Shown here in pieces: positions 15,863 to 17,993 of a DNA stretch of 17,993 bases. Location: contig JANLPS010000384.1 in NCBI GenBank assembly GCA_031367385.1, positions 1 through 17,993 of the forward strand. Reading direction: 5' to 3'. Position 1 is the first letter of the stretch. Each line of letters begins with the position of its first letter. Both the position numbers and the translations under genes were made by a program. Below the pieces are notes generated by a model that searched no databases, was not told where the DNA came from, and saw only the letters and a list, made by a program, of their open reading frames with translations. Source of the stretch: Archangium sp. GTDB lineage: Bacteria > Myxococcota > Myxococcia > Myxococcales > Myxococcaceae.

Positions 15863-15890
15863 TTCAACCCTCGACTCTTTGAAAGGTCAA
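15863..15890. promoter_or_regulatory. Putative overlapping bidirectional ECF-type promoter
   Basis: Minus strand: TTGACC-N16-GTTGAA, ending 8 nt before GTG 15854. Plus strand: TCAACC-N16-GTCAA, ending 16 nt before GTG 15907. Confidence 0.5.
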
Positions 15891-15906
15891 AGCGATCAGG
15901 ACTAGG

Positions 15907-16407
15907 GTGCGCCGCATGTGGACCAAGCCCGAGGTAAACGACCTGCCGCGCACATCGCCACACACCGTCGGTTTCATGGCGCCGCCGCATACCCGCGACG
16001 AGGTGACGTCGTCGCCCTCGGGCATGATGCGGGTCGCTCCGGGTACGCCGAAGGTGAGCAGCACGGTGCACTTCGCGGTGCATGGCGCGATGCCCGAGAT
16101 TCAGGCCTACGCCCAGGCGCGAGGCTGGTACGAGCGAGGGCACTCGGTGCTCAGCACCCCGTGGCAAGAGCTGCACTGGTCGACCGACGCGTGGAAGACG
16201 GTGCATGTCGTCAAGTCGAGCGACGTGCCCAGCCCGGTCATCAATGGCCATTTCATGCTGGCGGGCGTGAGCCCCGGCAGCGAGGTCGAGTTCGCCATTC
16301 ACGTGGGAGTCGCCTGCCACGCCCCGCATGACACCGCCGGGTCGCGCGACGTGGGCGACGTGTGGCTCAACAACGGTGGGGCGAACTACCAGCAGCGTTC
16401 GCGGTAG
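15907..16407 (+). CDS. Hypothetical protein with starch-binding CBM21/CBM25-like C-terminal signature (166 aa)
   Basis: HWSTDAWKTV, VEFAI and WLNNGGANY resemble the TxDxW, EF and WDNNxGxNY motifs of CBM21/25/53. No signal peptide. Alternative start ATG 15916. Confidence 0.6.
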   Translation: MRRMWTKPEVNDLPRTSPHTVGFMAPPHTRDEVTSSPSGMMRVAPGTPKVSSTVHFAVHGAMPEIQAYAQARGWYERGHSVLSTPWQELHWSTDAWKTVHVVKSSDVPSPVINGHFMLAGVSPGSEVEFAIHVGVACHAPHDTAGSRDVGDVWLNNGGANYQQRSR

Positions 16408-16457
16408 CGAGCAGTCACCGACTTGTTGCGTGCGCTCCACGAGGCCGCCTCGTCGAG

Positions 16458-16988
16458 GTGCTTGAACCTCAACGCGTGCTCGAACGAATTCTCGCGTGGG
16501 ATGAGGCCGTACTGCTGCGAGTCGCGGCGTGGAAGCGGCCCTTCGTCACCACCGTGCTCAGCACCTGCACCCATTTGGGCGGCGGCAAGAGCCTCACCTT
16601 CATCGGTGTGCTGATGCTCGCCCTTGGCGGCTCGGTCGGTCACCAGCTGGCGTTGCGCCTGCTGATTGGTGCCGGTGGCGCAGCGTTGGTCGCTCAAGCC
16701 CTCAAGCGCGTCTCGAAGCGGCGTCGGCCCAACTCGGGCATCTCGGGCTTCACCGCGCTGGTCGAGAACCCCGATGCCTTCTCATTTCCCTCCGGGCACA
16801 CCGCAGCCACGGTCGGCACGGCGGTCGCGTGGGCGGCGATGGGTGACTCCCTCGGCCCGGTGATGGCGACCTTCGCCGCCGCGGTCGGGTTCTCGCGGGT
16901 CTACTTGGGAGCGCATTACCCCCTCGATGTCGCCGCCGGCGCCCTGATCGGCCTGCTCTGCGGAGGCCTGGCTCGGCTGGTCTGCTGA
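16458..16988 (+). CDS. PAP2-family membrane phosphatase
   Basis: C1 KRVSKRRRP, C2 FPSGH and C3 SRVYLGAHYPLDV. Several TM helices. The start (GTG 16458) is uncertain. Confidence 0.92.
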   Translation: MLEPQRVLERILAWDEAVLLRVAAWKRPFVTTVLSTCTHLGGGKSLTFIGVLMLALGGSVGHQLALRLLIGAGGAALVAQALKRVSKRRRPNSGISGFTALVENPDAFSFPSGHTAATVGTAVAWAAMGDSLGPVMATFAAAVGFSRVYLGAHYPLDVAAGALIGLLCGGLARLVC

Positions 16989-17047
16989 CTTCCGTTCGCG
17001 AATTTCACGATTGAAGATCAGCCCTGACCAGGGCTACGGCGTGCGGC

Positions 17048-17993
17048 ATGTACGACGTCGCTATCGTTGGAGGTGGCCCAGGTGGTGCGGCGGCCGCCGT
17101 GGCCCTGGGTCAACGCGGTGTGAAGAACGTGGTGTTGATCGACCGCGACCCTTTCCCTCGCGACAAGACGTGCGGGTCGGGCCTCTCGCCCAACGCGCTG
17201 ACGTTGATCAAAGAGCTCGGCATCGACGCCGAGGTTCGCGCGCGCGCGTACCCGATCATGTCGGTGAAGATCGTGACTCCGGGTGGTCGCGACATGGTGC
17301 TGGCCTCGAACGCGGCGGCCCTGGTGCTGCTGCGCCGGCACTTCGACAACCTGCTGATTGAGAAAGCCAAGAGCTTTGGCGTCGAGGTCAGGGCTCCGTG
17401 GCGCGCTGACGGGCTGATCACAGAAGACGACCGCGTCATCGGCGTTCGCGGCTTCGACGGCTCTGAAATTCGCGCCAAGTACGTGCTCTGCGCCGACGGT
17501 GCGAACTCGATCTTCTCGCACGACCCGCGCCCCAAGCGCAGCATCGCGACCCTGATGGGCTGGTGGGACGACTTCACCTTCGCCCCGGGTCAGCTCGAGA
17601 TGATCTTCGACAAAGACCTGGCGCCGCTCTACGGCTGGCTGTTTCCCGAGTCGAATACGCGCGTGAACATCGGCATCTGCGTCGATGGGCAAGACGAAGA
17701 CGGGCAGAAGACCACCCGCAACTTGCGTGAGACGTTCGACCGGTTCTTGCACAAGCACTACGGCGAGCAGCTCAAGACGGCGCGGCAGGTCGGCAAGCTC
17801 AAGGGCCACCCGATCGTCTACACGACCTGGGTCGGCCACGTGCACTCCCCGGGCGCCCTGTTCTTGGGAGAAGCCGCCCGCATCACCCACAACGCCACCG
17901 GCGAGGGCATCTCGCAGGCGATGCAATCAGGCGTGTACGCCGCCGAGGCGTTGTCGCGGGTGTTGGTGAAGGGCGAGCGCGAGTCGAAGGCGT
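17048..17993 (+). CDS. Geranylgeranyl-reductase-family FAD-dependent oxidoreductase, 3'-truncated by the window edge
   Basis: Translated by hand: MYDVAIVGGGPGGAAAA..., FPRDKTCGSG, RRHFDNLL, ADGANS, YGWLFP, VNIG and GEAA...TGEGISQAMQSG. No stop before the window end, so it is absent from the ORF track. Confidence 0.93.
   Translation, partial: MYDVAIVGGGPGGAAAAVALGQRGVKNVVLIDRDPFPRDKTCGSGLSPNALTLIKELGIDAEVRARAYPIMSVKIVTPGGRDMVLASNAAALVLLRRHFDNLLIEKAKSFGVEVRAPWRADGLITEDDRVIGVRGFDGSEIRAKYVLCADGANSIFSHDPRPKRSIATLMGWWDDFTFAPGQLEMIFDKDLAPLYGWLFPESNTRVNIGICVDGQDEDGQKTTRNLRETFDRFLHKHYGEQLKTARQVGKLKGHPIVYTTWVGHVHSPGALFLGEAARITHNATGEGISQAMQSGVYAAEALSRVLVKGERESKA

Noticed and set aside
16300..16332. ACHAPH as a c-type heme site
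   Set aside because: It lacks the first Cys of CxxCH, and the protein has no export signal.

Overview
High-GC window with no RNA genes, CRISPR arrays or mobile elements. Its gene content is typical of myxobacteria (inferred from HRDVSP- and HRDLKP-type Ser/Thr kinases, Cys-rich lipoproteins, 'DAG' linkers and a PilZ-like paralogous domain). It is a signalling and envelope locus. In order: a 5'-truncated hypothetical gene; a secreted Cys protein and a mini MotA/TolQ/ExbB-like membrane protein, both divergent from ECF sigma factor 1 and its membrane anti-sigma candidate; a large lipoprotein (4 Cys repeats plus 14 Trp-rich propeller blades); a probable PP2C-like remnant; a TPR membrane protein; a Cys-rich lipoprotein; a kinase-TM-PEGA protein, divergent from a 1391-aa PilZ-like/kinase/degenerate cyclase/STAND NTPase/TPR protein; a DUF4124-like zincin peptidase; ECF sigma factor 2 with a ZAS anti-sigma and a Spy/CpxP-like protein; a CBM-like protein; a PAP2 phosphatase; and a 3'-truncated geranylgeranyl-reductase-family flavoprotein missing from the ORF track. 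The most notable observations are a mirror-symmetric pair of ECF-type promoters at 1564-1618, a second bidirectional ECF-like element at 15863-15890, and the five-domain kinase-STAND protein. All family assignments come from motif recognition by eye; no searches were run.
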